A DNA stretch of 49,154 nt from the NCBI RefSeq assembly GCF_006345805.1, contig NW_021831700.1, positions 1 to 49,154 on the forward strand. Direction: 5' to 3'. The notes under the pieces were generated by a model, which saw only the letters and a list, made by a program, of their open reading frames with translations, did no database searches and was not told the origin of the DNA. This DNA comes from Octopus sinensis (lineage: Eukaryota). The number at the start of each line of letters is the position of its first letter. The stretch's first letter is position 1. Shown piece by piece: positions 11,746-25,446 of this stretch. The translations under genes and the position numbers were made by a program.

Positions 11746-14700
11746 TTTCTTTATTAGCCACACAGGGCTGCACACAGATAGAACAAATACAAGGTAGAGC
11801 TTTTCTTTTGAAGGTTTAAAAAAAAAAAAAAAAAAAAAAAAAGGAAGGGGGAGTTTCGATCAAAAGGGATCGTAAAAGGAGAGAGAGAAAGAGGACAAAA
11901 AAAAAAGGGGGGGTTAAAAAAAAAAAAAAAAAAAGGGGGGAGGGGGGGGAGAGGAAAAAAAAATTGATCAATAGGGATCGTTATCACAGAAATGTCAATA
12001 GAAGTGTAAAGGGGAGGACAGGTGAGGTTTACCCGTGGAAAGAAAAGCCTACGGAAAAGACCACGGTAACCTCGGTCAATGAAGTCACATTTTATATTTC
12101 TTTTTTTTTTTTTTTTTTTTTTTGCAAATAAGCAACTCTCTGTTTTCGATTTCTGGGTTCATAGGACTATGCTCAAGGTGGCTTCGTCATTCATACGTGC
12201 CATTCTTGCTACATTCACCCATCTTTTTTTTTAAAACATTCGCTAGACAAAACTTGCTCTCTTACTCTCACTTTCCTTTTCAAGTGGTGGTACTTGAAGA
12301 AGTTGATAAGAGATTGACCAGAGAGGAAAGTGTTTGTCTCCAATCCTTTCAGACGCGTCCACCAGATACATTCTTTCGCCATAGCACAAGGATGATGAAA
12401 ATAGCTCTTCCTTCCCGTTGTGAAGGAAGGAGGCGTGACAATATTGACGATAGACTCAGCTGATAAACCGACTCGTCCCACACGTGACAGCAGTTGTTCG
12501 ACATAAGCCCACAGGTCGGAAAATTGTTGGACACTGAACGAGTGCGTGCAGAACGGTTTCGTCGCTCTGACCGCATCTCGGGCAGGTCGGCCCCGTGTTT
12601 CTCGAGCCGTGTCTGTAGAGCTTATCCCGAACGGGTAGCGCTTCTCGGTAGCACTGCCAGGCCAGGGATCTTTGGAAGTTGTCCATGGGCCCTGGCCCGA
12701 AAGTCGTCCTGAACAGGCGGGTCAGGTACTCCTCGTCGACGTCCAGGTTCGCCCCGAGCTCGTCGTCGTACCTCCCCTCCACTAAACCCCTATAGAATGC
12801 TTTGGTTGTGTTGAAGTCACTCAAGGTCGACCCAGGACGGCAGAGTTGCTTGAGAGCAACGCGACACTCGCGGTGCCATTCGCCCTTCCTCGGTCATGGA
12901 GACGAGCTGCGGGAAAGCGTGCCTCACAAACGGCGACCACACCTGTTCACCGTCGTCTACATAGAGCCAGAGATGTCGCAGTCTCAGCGCGTGTCTGCGC
13001 ATCATCAACCACGGCATGCCCAGCCCTCCTTTTAACGGGTGTTGACAGCAAATGGAACGCCTGACCATCGGGACGCATCCTTTCCACAAGAAGCGAAAGA
13101 GGATGCGTTGTAGTTTGGTGATGGTAGGGTCGGGACAAGGTACGACGGTCAGGCGGTAGTAGATGACGGACGCCGATGTACGTGTTCGCCACCTCCGCTC
13201 GACCTTTTAGGGACCAGTTTCCTCTCCCCCCGGCCCATCGGGCGAGAGTGACCACCCTACTCGTTATCTCGTTCCAGTTCTTCTCCACTTGGAGGTCCGG
13301 ACCGAACCAGACCCCGAGCCCAACTCAACCGGGCCGTCGGTCCAGCGTCCCACGACGGAGGCGCTGGTGGACGGCATGGGCTTGCTTCTCCAGGTGCCTA
13401 GTCGCAAGCCCACTGACTTTTCCCGGTTGATTTTCGCTCCTGTCACCGCTTCGTAGTTTTTCAGTGTCTCGCCGACCAGCTCGATGTGCTCGTGGCTAGA
13501 CACTATGACGGGACGTCGTTCCGGTATGCAGACACGCTCGTCCCGCATCCCAATTCTCGCGGGATGCCCCTTAGAGTCGCCAGCTTCCGCAGTAGTGGCT
13601 CAAGAGTCAATACGTATAGAAGCGCCGAGAGGGGGCATCCCTGACGGACCGAACGTGCAATGTCGAAAGGTCTCGATAGATGTCCATTTACGCGAATTAC
13701 CGAACGGATGCTCTGTACAAGGCAGCTATCCAGCCGGGAAGACGGGACCGACCGAAACCAGCCGCTCTCAGGGCCGCCTCCAAGTATCGATGGTCTACCC
13801 TATCAAAGGCTTTCGATTGATCCAAGTTGATCAGGCCCCACCATGCCAGGTTCGTTAACTACCCTGTCTATGATGTAGCGCATCAGATGGAGGTTGTCAT
13901 GGATGGTCCGGCTGGCACGGAGCATGTTTGCGCCTTGTCGACAGTTTCTCGATGACAAGCGCCAACCTCTTGGCTAGCACCTTGGCCAAAAATTTCAAGT
14001 CTGCATTAAGCAGAGTGATGGGCCTAAGTTATCTATTACATTTCCCTTGTTTAGATCTTTCTTCAGCAGTGTTACGGCTCCTCGGCTCACAAAACCAGGA
14101 ATGCTCCCGTTTTGCTGCCAGTTGCAGTACACCGCCGCCAAGAGATCTCCAAACAAGTCTGGCATACAATTGTAAAGCTCGTAGGGTAGACCATCCAAAC
14201 CCGGTGATTTGTCCCTCGAGCATTCTGCCATCGCTTCCCGCACTTCCGCCGCCGTGATGGCACCTTCGCAGCACCCTGCCTTTCTTGTCGAGAGTCGTGG
14301 TAGGCTATGTAGGTAGGCACTGAAGTCCACCCTACGTTCTTGCCCTCCACTCGTTCCGAACAGTCGGGCAAAATGCTGCTGAAAGGCCTCACATTTTACT
14401 TGGCTCGAGCAATTCGCGCCCATGTTCATCTACCAGTGACCGAATGGTGGCTTTGTTGCCCTGTTGCGCCTCTGCCACCCGGGCCTCTCTCGCGGCTCCA
14501 ACACCTTGTTCCTTAGAGCACGCATCCTAGCTCTGACAGCACATCCTTCGTGTTTGGCGTTGAAGTGTTGGTCGAGGGCCAACCTCGCCGCCAAAACGTC
14601 GGATGCGATGCCGCTTCTAATTGCCTCTTCTAGCTTCTTAACTAGCTCACCCTCTACTATATTTCTATCTATGGCTAGTGCTTGCTGTACTAATCGCTTC

Positions 14701-14790
14701 TGCTTTTACTGCTCTTTGGGGGCAAACCACCATTTGTTGTTGATGATGGCTCCCGTCAAAGCCCTCTTTACTAGTGTGCTAATCCGGTCT
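11746..14790 (-). mobile_element. 5'-truncated Tx1/L1-clade non-LTR retrotransposon (ORF2 RT + C-terminal Cys/His domain + 3' UTR), frameshifted
   Basis: Motifs KSPGLDGLP, (F)RPITLLN, DQSKAFDRV, VRQGCPLS, a damaged YADD, and CPRCG..ETVLHALVQC; AATAAA at the 3' end; endonuclease and ORF1 absent. Confidence 0.92.
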
Positions 14791-14807
14791 CATAGATAGA
14801 TAGATAG

Positions 14808-14857
<50 letters not shown>
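14791..14857. repeat. (TAGA)n microsatellite at the LINE 5' junction
   Basis: Direct inspection. Confidence 0.95.
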
Positions 14858-14859
<2 letters not shown>

Positions 14860-15018
14860 TGACAGACAGACATTTTATAAACGCATATATATATATATTA
14901 TATATATATATATATTTATGTATATCCGTAGTGTGTGTGTGCATATATATGTATTATGCATAGTGTGTGTATCTATATATATATATTATATATATAATAT
15001 ATATATATATTATATATA

Positions 15019-16305
15019 CGAGGGGCGTTCAATAAGTAATGCCTCTGACCCACTTTATTTGTTTGATCTAGCTGAAATTTTGCATGTGCAATTATTCATA
15101 TCTCTATAGATTAAGTGGCAAATTTCAGCTCTGAATTTATTGTGGTTTTTGATTTACAGGTGTTTGAACTGAGTCAAGTGTGAAATGGAGCATGTTGAGT
15201 GTCGAGCAGTGATCCGGTTTTTGTATTTAAAGGACGCACACCACGGGAGACTTTTGATGAAATGAAATTAACTTATGGTGATAATGCCCCATCATATGAC
15301 CTTGTTAAAACGCTGCATCGTGAATTCAAACATGGTCGGAACTCTGAGGAAAACAGCTCCCAGATCTGGTCGCCCCCTTCTGCCATTGATGAGGCATCTG
15401 TCCGTCAAGTTGAGGCTGCCATTTTGGAAGATCGACGCATAACTATTCGCCAAATAGCCCATGAGGTCAAGATTAGTACCGGGTCTGTGGAAACTATCAT
15501 TCATGACCATTTGAATATGCAAAAGGTGTCTGCCAGATGGATTCCCAGGTTGCTCACACCTTTCCAGAAGCAAGAACGCGTCGATTGCTCGTGGATGAAT
15601 TTGGAGATGTGCCATGAAGATGAGTCAAAATTTTTCAAAAGACTGATTGCATAGGATAAAACCTGGGTCCATCACTATGATCCAGATACCAAAGCCCAGT
15701 CAATGCAGTAGAAGCACCGTGACTCACCTCCTTCAAAGAAGGCAAGGGTGCAGCCCTCCGCTGGCAAGGTCGTGCTTACAGTCTTCTGGGACCAGGACGG
15801 AGTAGTGAAGACAGATTTCCTGGCAAAAGGTGCCACAATTACAGGAGTCTATTATGCTTCACTTTTGAGGAAATTAAGAGAAGCTATCAATATCAAGAGG
15901 CGGGGCAAGATCAGCAAAGGCATCCTCCTCCTGCAGGACAACGCTCCGATCCACAACTCGCGTGTCGCCAGATCACAAGCACAGGCGTGCGGCTATGAAC
16001 TCATCCCCTCCCCTACTCTCCTGCCGACTTTGCACCCTCTGATTTTCACCTCTTCCAGCCATGAAGTTGTTTTGAAAGGAAAGCGTTTCCCAGATGATGC
16101 AGCCTTGATTTCTGAAGTCACGTCGTGGTTAGAGGACCAAGCTGGGGTCTTCTACAAAAACGGTCTTCAGAGCTGCATCAAATGAGGGAGAAATGCGTAA
16201 CTCTGGGTGGTTCCTATGTAGAAAAAGACTAATAACTGTGCCAAGTTTCGTTGCTCTACTGCTATGGGAAGTGGGTCAGGGGCATTACTTATTGAACGCC
16301 CCTCG
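15019..16305 (+). mobile_element. Full-length mariner (DD34D) DNA transposon, inactive
   Basis: ~37-bp TIRs CGAGGGGCGTTCAATAAGTAATGCC(T/C)CTGACCCACTT; TA duplication; lies in a (TA)n tract. Confidence 0.96.
15185..16232 (+). pseudogene. Mariner transposase pseudogene
   Basis: WIPRLLT, DKTWVHHYDP and LLLQDNAP motifs; frameshifts and in-frame stops. Confidence 0.93.
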
Positions 16306-16360
<55 letters not shown>

Positions 16361-16478
16361 CATTAAAACAATTAAGATTCAAGTGAGTTCCAATGAATTC
16401 ACATGAATGTGGTACTTAACTTAGATGCACCAGAAATATTTATGGTATTAACCATAAAATAATGTGGGGTGATTATAA

Positions 16479-17228
16479 ACAAGAAAACAAGCAACAAGAA
16501 TGGATTAGTTGTTCAGTACAATTGTTTCATACGAAGAACAGATTTATTAAAAGCTGCAAATATTGCAGCAAATACAAGTGTCCCGTATTCATCAGCCAAA
16601 ACACATATGAGTTTTCCAAACATCCTAGGGGGTGAGGCTACACTCAGGAAGTATCGAAGAGAGTTCTATGAAAAGCAATGTTAGATTGTAAGCAGACTTA
16701 AAATGTTCTCTAATAAGCGGTTTCTGATTCATTGACTTCTTTTGCGACTTCTTTTAGCCAATATAGCCAATCTCTTCTTCCAACATAGTAGTTTTGTGAA
16801 ACGAATAGAAGTGTGATCAACATCTTCTCATATATCTGGAAATTACATCTACATTATTATGGATATATTCATCTTCTCTGAAAATAAAATCTCTCCTCAT
16901 ATCTCCGGAAATTACACCTACATTATTATGGATGGATTTACCTTTTCTGTGAAGCTAACAAACTTTTTTAAAAACCTTTTATAAAACTGTGCATCATTAG
17001 AGGACATTTTAAGTCTACTTACAATCTAACTTTGCTTTTTATAGAACTCTCTTCGATACTTCATGAGTGTAGCCTCACCCCCTAGGATGTTTGGAAAACT
17101 CATATGTGTTTTGGCTGATGAATACGGGACACTTGTATTTGTTGCAATATTTGCAGCTTTTAATAAATCTGTTCTTCGTATGAAACAATTGTACTGAACA
17201 ACTAATCCATTCTTGCTGCTTTTTCTTG

Positions 17229-17229
<1 letters not shown>
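16479..17229. repeat. Inverted repeat, ~235-bp arms (16479-16714 / 16996-17229) with ~280-bp spacer
   Basis: Arms nearly identical; the left arm continues a dispersed repeat also seen at 18600-18770. Confidence 0.9.
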
Positions 17230-17270
<41 letters not shown>

Positions 17271-17384
17271 CATATACACTATGCATATACATATGTATAT
17301 ATATATATGCATGTATACATACATATAGGCACATACCTACATCTATATGTATATATACATGCATGTATGGATATATAGGACATC

Positions 17385-17640
17385 AAAAAACATTGATCAC
17401 AATGAGAAACGAAAACATAAAAACAAAAGCATAGAAAACTACCTTTTTTCGAATAACGAGACATGCAACATAAAGAATATTCCCCTTCTTCAGTTGTCTC
17501 TGTTTCATCTACTCCGCGTAGCAAGGGCAAAACAGTCCTTCCCGCAAAGCAAATTAAATAAAATTTGGGATTTTTTGCGGAGTGTGAAAGTGATAACAAG
17601 AACAGGACAGTGAGAACAGTAAAAACAAACGGTGAGGGGT
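17385..17640. repeat. Dispersed repeat shared with 18365-18535 and, in part, 26250-26400
   Basis: Shared blocks acaatgagaaacgaaaacataaa and gaatattcccctt..cagttgtc..tgtttcatctactccgcgt. Confidence 0.7.
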
Positions 17641-18029
17641 GTTAAGTCAAGAGGAATATAAAAAAATTATTATGAACACTAGGAGGACGAGCTTATGAGA
17701 GGAGACAGGTATAAGCACATGTTGTCTTTAGGAAGGAAATGAGCAGAAAGATAGATTCCTTTTCGTCACGTTTCAGCGACGAGAGAGTCAAGGAGGAAGA
17801 GTGAGAGAGAGGGAACGGTAAAGAGGAGAGGAGAAGAATAGGGAAGGGTGGCAGAGAAAACCAGAAAGAATGAACAAGAGAGGGAGAGAGATAGACAGAG
17901 AATGGGTAACAGAGATAGTAGAGTGCGCATCGTAGTTATTAATATAAAACTTACTTGGAAAAGGATGCGTGGCATTCGATTATATAATAATATAAATGAT
18001 ATATAAATATATATGCATATATACTACAT

Positions 18030-18322
18030 GAGGCGCAATGGCCCAGTGGTTAGGGCAGCGGACTCGCGGTCGTAGGATCGCGGTTTCGATTCCCAGACCG
18101 GGCGTTGTGAGTATTTATTGAGAGAAAACACCTAAGAAGCTCCACGAGGCTCCGGTAGGGGGTGGTGATCCCTGCTGTACTCTTTCACCACTCTTTCTCT
18201 CACTCTTTCTTCTGTTGGCCTGCTCGCTTAGCCAGCAGGGTGGCGTCATTCGAAGGCTAAGACAATGCGAACGCATTGTGACCAGCGATGTGTAGCAACA
18301 TCTGATGGTGTGGTCAGTCACG
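18030..18322 (+). mobile_element. SINE with group B head and body but a different 3' tail
   Basis: Head gaggcgcaatggcccagtggttagggcagcgg matches 41811; sequence diverges after ctttctctcactctt. Confidence 0.85.
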
Positions 18323-18532
18323 TAATATATATGTACATACATACATTTATATGGAAATAAACAAGACATTAAAAAAAAACACTGAACACAATGAGAAACG
18401 AAAACATAAACACAAAAACAGAAAACGAACATTTTTTTTTCGAGCAACGATAAAAACAAACTGAGAAACGAGACATGAAACATAAAGAATATTCCCCTTC
18501 ATCAGTTGTCCCTGTTTCATCTACTCCGCGTT

Positions 18533-18577
<45 letters not shown>

Positions 18578-18769
18578 ATATATATATTATATAGATATAA
18601 GTTCAGCAAATTTAGATTCAAATGAATATGGTACTTAAGCTAGATGCACCAGAATTTTGTATGGTGTTATCCATATAAACCCATGGGGTGATTATGATCA
18701 AAATAAGCAACAAGAATATCTTCAGTAATTTGGTACGATCGTTTCACGCTACATCATTTTATTAAACTT

Positions 18770-19995
18770 GCCACCTGGCTTGCCACCCGGAGTTGAGCCC
18801 TAGTGTATAGGAGATACTATCCGCCGGAGTTTGGGTGGCAGTAGCACCAAGCTCCTCAGCGTGAATATTCTGCCTGCGGCTGACTGGGAGGGGTCAAAAG
18901 CTGTTTTGACTCTATGGATCCAGTCAGTTGAAAGTCTGGTACCTCCGGATTTTTTAGAATGGCCGGGTATAAGTATCCGGTGATTCTTGTGGGACCCCCC
19001 CCCCCCAAGTGTCATTGGTGCTTGAAGCCTGGCCATATAAAAAAAACTGTTCTTAAGGGCAAAGCAGTGTCCTGGAGCGGTTGACGGAGACCTCTGGGTA
19101 GAGGAGGAAATGAAGGCGGCCGAAGAGACGGAGGACTCCTCAAAGAAGAGCCGCAAAAGGAAGAAGGAGAGCAATAATGGGTGCACACCGAAGGATCCTG
19201 GGGATGAGGGAGGGGAGGCGAATCTCCAGGTCACGGAGAAGACGCACCTCTCCCCCAGTCGAGAAGAAAAAAAGAGGAAGAGGAGGAGAAACGGGACATT
19301 GCCGGCAGTCGGAGACATGACCCCGGAGTGTCACGGAGCTTCGTCGGTTGTGTCACCGGAGGGGGGGAGACACACATTGGCGGGAATTGTGCCGCCAACT
19401 GTAAAATTGACTCAACCGGACCCGATGGACGAAAAACTGTCTTCTTTTAGAGAGGCGGAGAGGTGGAAAAGATAGTGAAAGAACACTACCAGGGAATACC
19501 TTTGGTCTTCACACAGGACCCCGAGTGGCCTCCGTAGATAGCTGTGGAGGTCATAACGTTGCGCCTGTTTATGATGCTGGACGGATTAAAAGAGGAGTAT
19601 CGCTCGTGGCCGGGTAATGCCAACTCGGACCCCGCCGTGATTTTAAACGAAGCATGTGTTATGGCGGAGTACACGGACTCGTGCGATTATGAGGTGGAAA
19701 ATTGACAAGAGGTTGAAAAGCCTCAGCGCCTCATTTGTAAATGGACTAGTGTTGATTGTATATTGAATATTTTTTGCATGTTAATATTTGTAATGGACTA
19801 TTAAGTCCAAAAACTGTAAAAACTGTTGTGAGAGGTTCAATACCGCGCTTTGTTTGTTTTGTTTTTAAAAAAAAAGAACAATGTTTTAGAGAAGAAGAAA
19901 ATCGGGGGGCGTTTTAGCCTTCTCTCATCTATATCATCCTTATTTCATCATTCACCTCATCAATGTATATGTCCAGCCCGCAGCAACACTTCGTA
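18770..19995 (+). mobile_element. Degenerate ORF1-only (gag-like, CCHC knuckle) non-LTR element, half-L1-like
   Basis: LPPGVEP...PPKCHWCLKPGHIKK(N)C knuckle (needs a 1-nt shift in an A run), then a K/R/E-rich region, then non-coding sequence ending tgtccagccc; no RT follows. Confidence 0.6.
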
Positions 19996-20023
19996 ATGCC
20001 TTTATGGCACATTTATATGAAAT

Positions 20024-20400
20024 AAAGTAGCTTGCTTACCAACCACATGGTTCCGGGTTCAGTCCCACTACGTGGAGCCTTTGGCAAGTGTCTTCTACTA
20101 TAACCGCGGGCTGACCAAAGCCTTGTGAGTGGATCTGGTAGACAGAAACTGAAAAGAAGCCCGTCGTACATATGTATATGTATGTGTGCGTATATGTTTG
20201 TGTGTCTGTGTCCCCCCCCCCCCAACATCTCTTGACAATTGATGCTGGTGTGTATACGTCACCGTAACTTAGCGGTTCGGCAAAAGAGACCGATAGAATA
20301 AGTACTAGGCTTACAAAGAATAAGTCCTGGGGTTGATTTGCTCGACTAAAGGTGGTGCTCCAGCATGGCCACGGTCAAATGACTGAAACAAGTAAAAGAG
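20024..20400 (+). mobile_element. SINE group A, 5'-truncated
   Basis: Homology to other group A copies. Confidence 0.9.
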
Positions 20401-20404
20401 TAAT

Positions 20405-20552
20405 CCATATACATTATACTATACTATACTATATTATACTATATCATATTATATCATATTATATTATATTATATTATATTATATTATACTATATTATATT
20501 ATATTATATTAAATATTGTATTTTTTTATATTATATTATATTATATTATACC
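20405..20552. repeat. (TATAT/TATAC)n pentamer tract
   Basis: Direct inspection. Confidence 0.85.
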
Positions 20553-21472
20553 ATAAAACATTATTTTTATTGATAAAGAAAGCATGTTATTCTATGATCG
20601 CTCTGGATTTAGCAGTTTATTAATCAACTAGTAAGCTTTGTATGCAAGTACATGCTTGCTTCATTTCATATGAAAGAAGATATGAAGATAAAATGACGCT
20701 TTCTGGACGATTGCCAGTGATGCAGATTCGAACCGTACTATGTTTTTGATTGAATATTCCATATTATTAACGTTACGGTAGAAATAGACTAATTCAGACA
20801 ATGGATTGTTCATGGTAGAGAATATTATAAAAGAAGGTCAAAAGGTTCGTTCGCTTCCTCACAAAATCCTATATCAACGACGCTTGCTGTTCCACAGACT
20901 CACCACCATCTATGCAGCTCACTTAACGACTCCGATATGACAGTTTTCTCCAGTTATGCAGTTCATTTAGCAACAGTCACGAACACGACAGAGATCCAGT
21001 ACATCTCATATCTCAACACTGTGGCAATCAATACAGCAACCAACAGCTAATCACAACTTAATTCCAGTTATACAGCTCACAGGTTTCGTTTTCCTGCACA
21101 GACTGAAAGTACAAACTGATTCACTATTCGTATCCACAAACCTTTCAGCAGTTTCCGCTGCTATTACAGCGGCAATAGACTTTGTGAATTCCACGGTAAT
21201 TACAGCCACAAACCATATTGCAGCTTATGCACTCCGAAAAGAACTTTACTTTCAGCTACTCTCAATAAGCAACAAATGCTAAGCTGCTCAAATGCCCCGA
21301 GCAATTAAATTTTTTCGCCACTTTCCTTAAAAGGTATATCTTTTCCATGGTGCTCTAAAGAGAAGTATAATTCACAAACAACCAGTAATCTATTATACAA
21401 TTCACTTAATAAAATTGATATACAAATATATATATATATATATATATAGATATATATAATATACATACATAT

Positions 21473-21508
<36 letters not shown>

Positions 21509-21660
21509 ATATTGGCAGGGCTGGCCTGGCTACTGGTTTTTAAATTTAATTGTATATAATATATAGATATATATAAATATAGATATATATATAATATATA
21601 TATACTATATATTAAGATTTATATATATATATAAATATATATATATGTATAGATATGTAC

Positions 21661-21693
<33 letters not shown>

Positions 21694-21974
21694 AACAATA
21701 TTAAAATTATATCAATTTCCAAGGTTCAGTACGCAAAAGGGACCACCCAAGGCGAAATCAAACTACTACATATACAAAGGCTTAGTAAATATACTTCGGC
21801 ATACTGAAACTCATTGAAATGCATAAAAATAAGTATTTTCTATATAAAGAAATATCTCATATAGTGTTGCTAATTCACTCACAAATTGAATAAACATATA
21901 TATGAGAGAGATTTCATATTTAGAATATATATATTTCTAATGTGTTATATAAAGTAATATTTTATAAGCTTTTG

Positions 21975-22012
<38 letters not shown>

Positions 22013-22056
22013 ATATATATATATATACTACATTATAATATATATATATATATTAT

Positions 22057-22104
<48 letters not shown>

Positions 22105-22293
22105 ATATATATATATAGATCTATCTATATATTATATATATATATATAATATATATATAGAGAAGAGGATAGAGAGAGAGGATATACATATATAAACATA
22201 TATATAGATAGATAGATAGTTAAAAACTTACTTGGAAATGGATGCGTGGCTTCGATCGGTAATAATATAAATAATATATATATATAATATATA

Positions 22294-23610
<1,317 letters not shown>

Positions 23611-23687
23611 ACACACACAAAGATAAATTGATAGATACAACTGAGTGGGCAAACAAAAATATGAGACACAGCCTAGTGCTTTTTTAT

Positions 23688-23820
23688 GTTGGTAAGCCTA
23701 GTACTTATTCTATCAGTTTGTTCTTGTGAAACCAGTAAGTTTTGTAGATGTAAATGAACAGCTGTTGTGAAGCAGTGATGAGGGCGAAACACAGACACCA
23801 AGACACACACAAACACTTAC
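23688..23820 (-). mobile_element. Degenerate SINE group A fragment
   Basis: gtaagcctagtacttattctatc...aacacagacac. Confidence 0.7.
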
Positions 23821-23837
23821 ATATATACATATATATA

Positions 23838-24553
23838 TTGTTGTTGGCATCCTTTTTGTCTCGGGAGACAATGGAGTTGCGCATGAAATAATCTAGTCCG
23901 GCTTTTACATTTCATGTCCTAATACATCTCCTGCTGTGGCTGTCAGTTGGGTTTTATTTCTTGCCTTTCTGAGTTCTTCGAGTGACTTTGTAGAAGAGTC
24001 ACTCTTGTATTGCACCAGAGCTGCACGCTTTGTTTCGATAACTGATTCCAGCTCTGAGAGCCCAGCACTGAACAAAATCTGGGTTTTGCCTTTCCCTCAT
24101 GCCGAAAGTATCTATTGATGTGGTATACACAGCTTCCTTGATATAATTCCACCTACTTTCAGCAGAGGTGGTTGGGCAGCTACTGAGGGCAACTTTGATA
24201 GAAACAGCAAAACATTGTCGCAGTGTAGGGTCGGGGGTTCTGGCAGTGTTAATGCGTGGTCGGCCCATTTTCTTGGAGTGATGGACTTTTTTAGGCAGAA
24301 TCCTCATCCTGCTTCTTATTAGTGAATGATCTGTGTCACAATCCGCGCTGTGGTAACTACGAGTCAGTTGAACAGAATTCAGAAAGGGTTTTCGTGTAAT
24401 GATGAGATCCAGCTGATACCAGAGGTGAGATCTTGGATGTCTCCAAGATGCCTTGTGAGATGTCTTGTTGGCTTAGAATGTGTTAGTGATGCACAGGTTA
24501 TGGTATGTGCAAAATTCAAGTAGTCTCTGGCCATTGTCATTCATGTCGCCAAT
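23838..24553 (-). mobile_element. RTE-clade LINE remnant: APE endonuclease C-half and linker fused to the 3' terminus
   Basis: MNDNGQRLLEFC, W.HPRS..W.QLDLII and TRSYHSADCDTDHSL motifs; ends attgtctcccgagac...gccaacaacaa. Confidence 0.8.
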
Positions 24554-24574
24554 ACAAAAACACATAACACATAT

Positions 24575-24625
<51 letters not shown>

Positions 24626-25446
24626 GATCGATTGTTTCAGTTCCTGTTTACGAAATCACACACACACACAACAACACACACACATATATATATATATATA
24701 CATATATGCATATATACATATATGCATACACACACATACATACATACATATATATTTGGAATTTACAAAAGAAACGAACAAAAGACGAAGACGGGTGTGT
24801 AAACAGCAAACAGGTTTATTAGTTTAACGCTTCGGACTTAGGAAAATTTATATAGAGAGTACTACTGATTTTAAAATTAGATATAGGGGACACAAGAATT
24901 CATTTATTCAGCCCTATATAAAAAGTTACTGACATTTTAGTATGTTCTAAGCATAAATATTTAGCGTCTTATAATTTTCTTAAACTTTAGAATATAATTT
25001 TTTAGAATATAAAAGCTTTTTGAAAATACGGTCCAATTAGATCATTAGATCCAATGAACACTTATGCACAAACCTGTAATCTTAAATTAATTTTTTTATA
25101 GTAGTATATATCAGTACAGAGAGGAATATTCCCATTGGCTAATATTTGCATGATTAACTAAAGTTAACATTTCAATGAATTTCATTTCTTATTTAAACGG
25201 GGTAATCCTCTTGAAAATATGCAGAACCTGATATTATGCTGTCGTTTATTCATCGATACTCAAAAACTGAACTTTCACCAACTGAATACTCACCATGTAG
25301 TGCCTTAATGCTTTTTGCTGGAGTTTACCTCGAGAAAGGAACCCTGAGGAAGGAGGGCTGAATTTCGAATACTTCGTACAACCACTTTTCTGAAACTAGA
25401 AATTATGTTACAAAGTGCCGTTCAAAAGGAAAAGATCTACTTCTTT

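Noticed and set aside
15185-16232. Active or domesticated mariner transposase (also 44403-45407)
   Set aside because: Both copies have frameshifts and stops; the second also lacks the YSPDL region and the right TIR.
18481-18536. CTGA(T/A)GA motif in the 17385/18365 repeat (minus strand) with GAAAC upstream
   Set aside because: No GAAAC follows a stem II, and the permuted (type II) reading lacks a stem I hairpin.
20965-21285. ~100-codon stop-free frame on the + strand
   Set aside because: No start or splice support, no recognisable motif, and within chance expectation.
24851-24870. Left TIR partner for the Tc1-like relic ending at 25606
   Set aside because: Similarity to GAGGGTGTCCAC is too weak.
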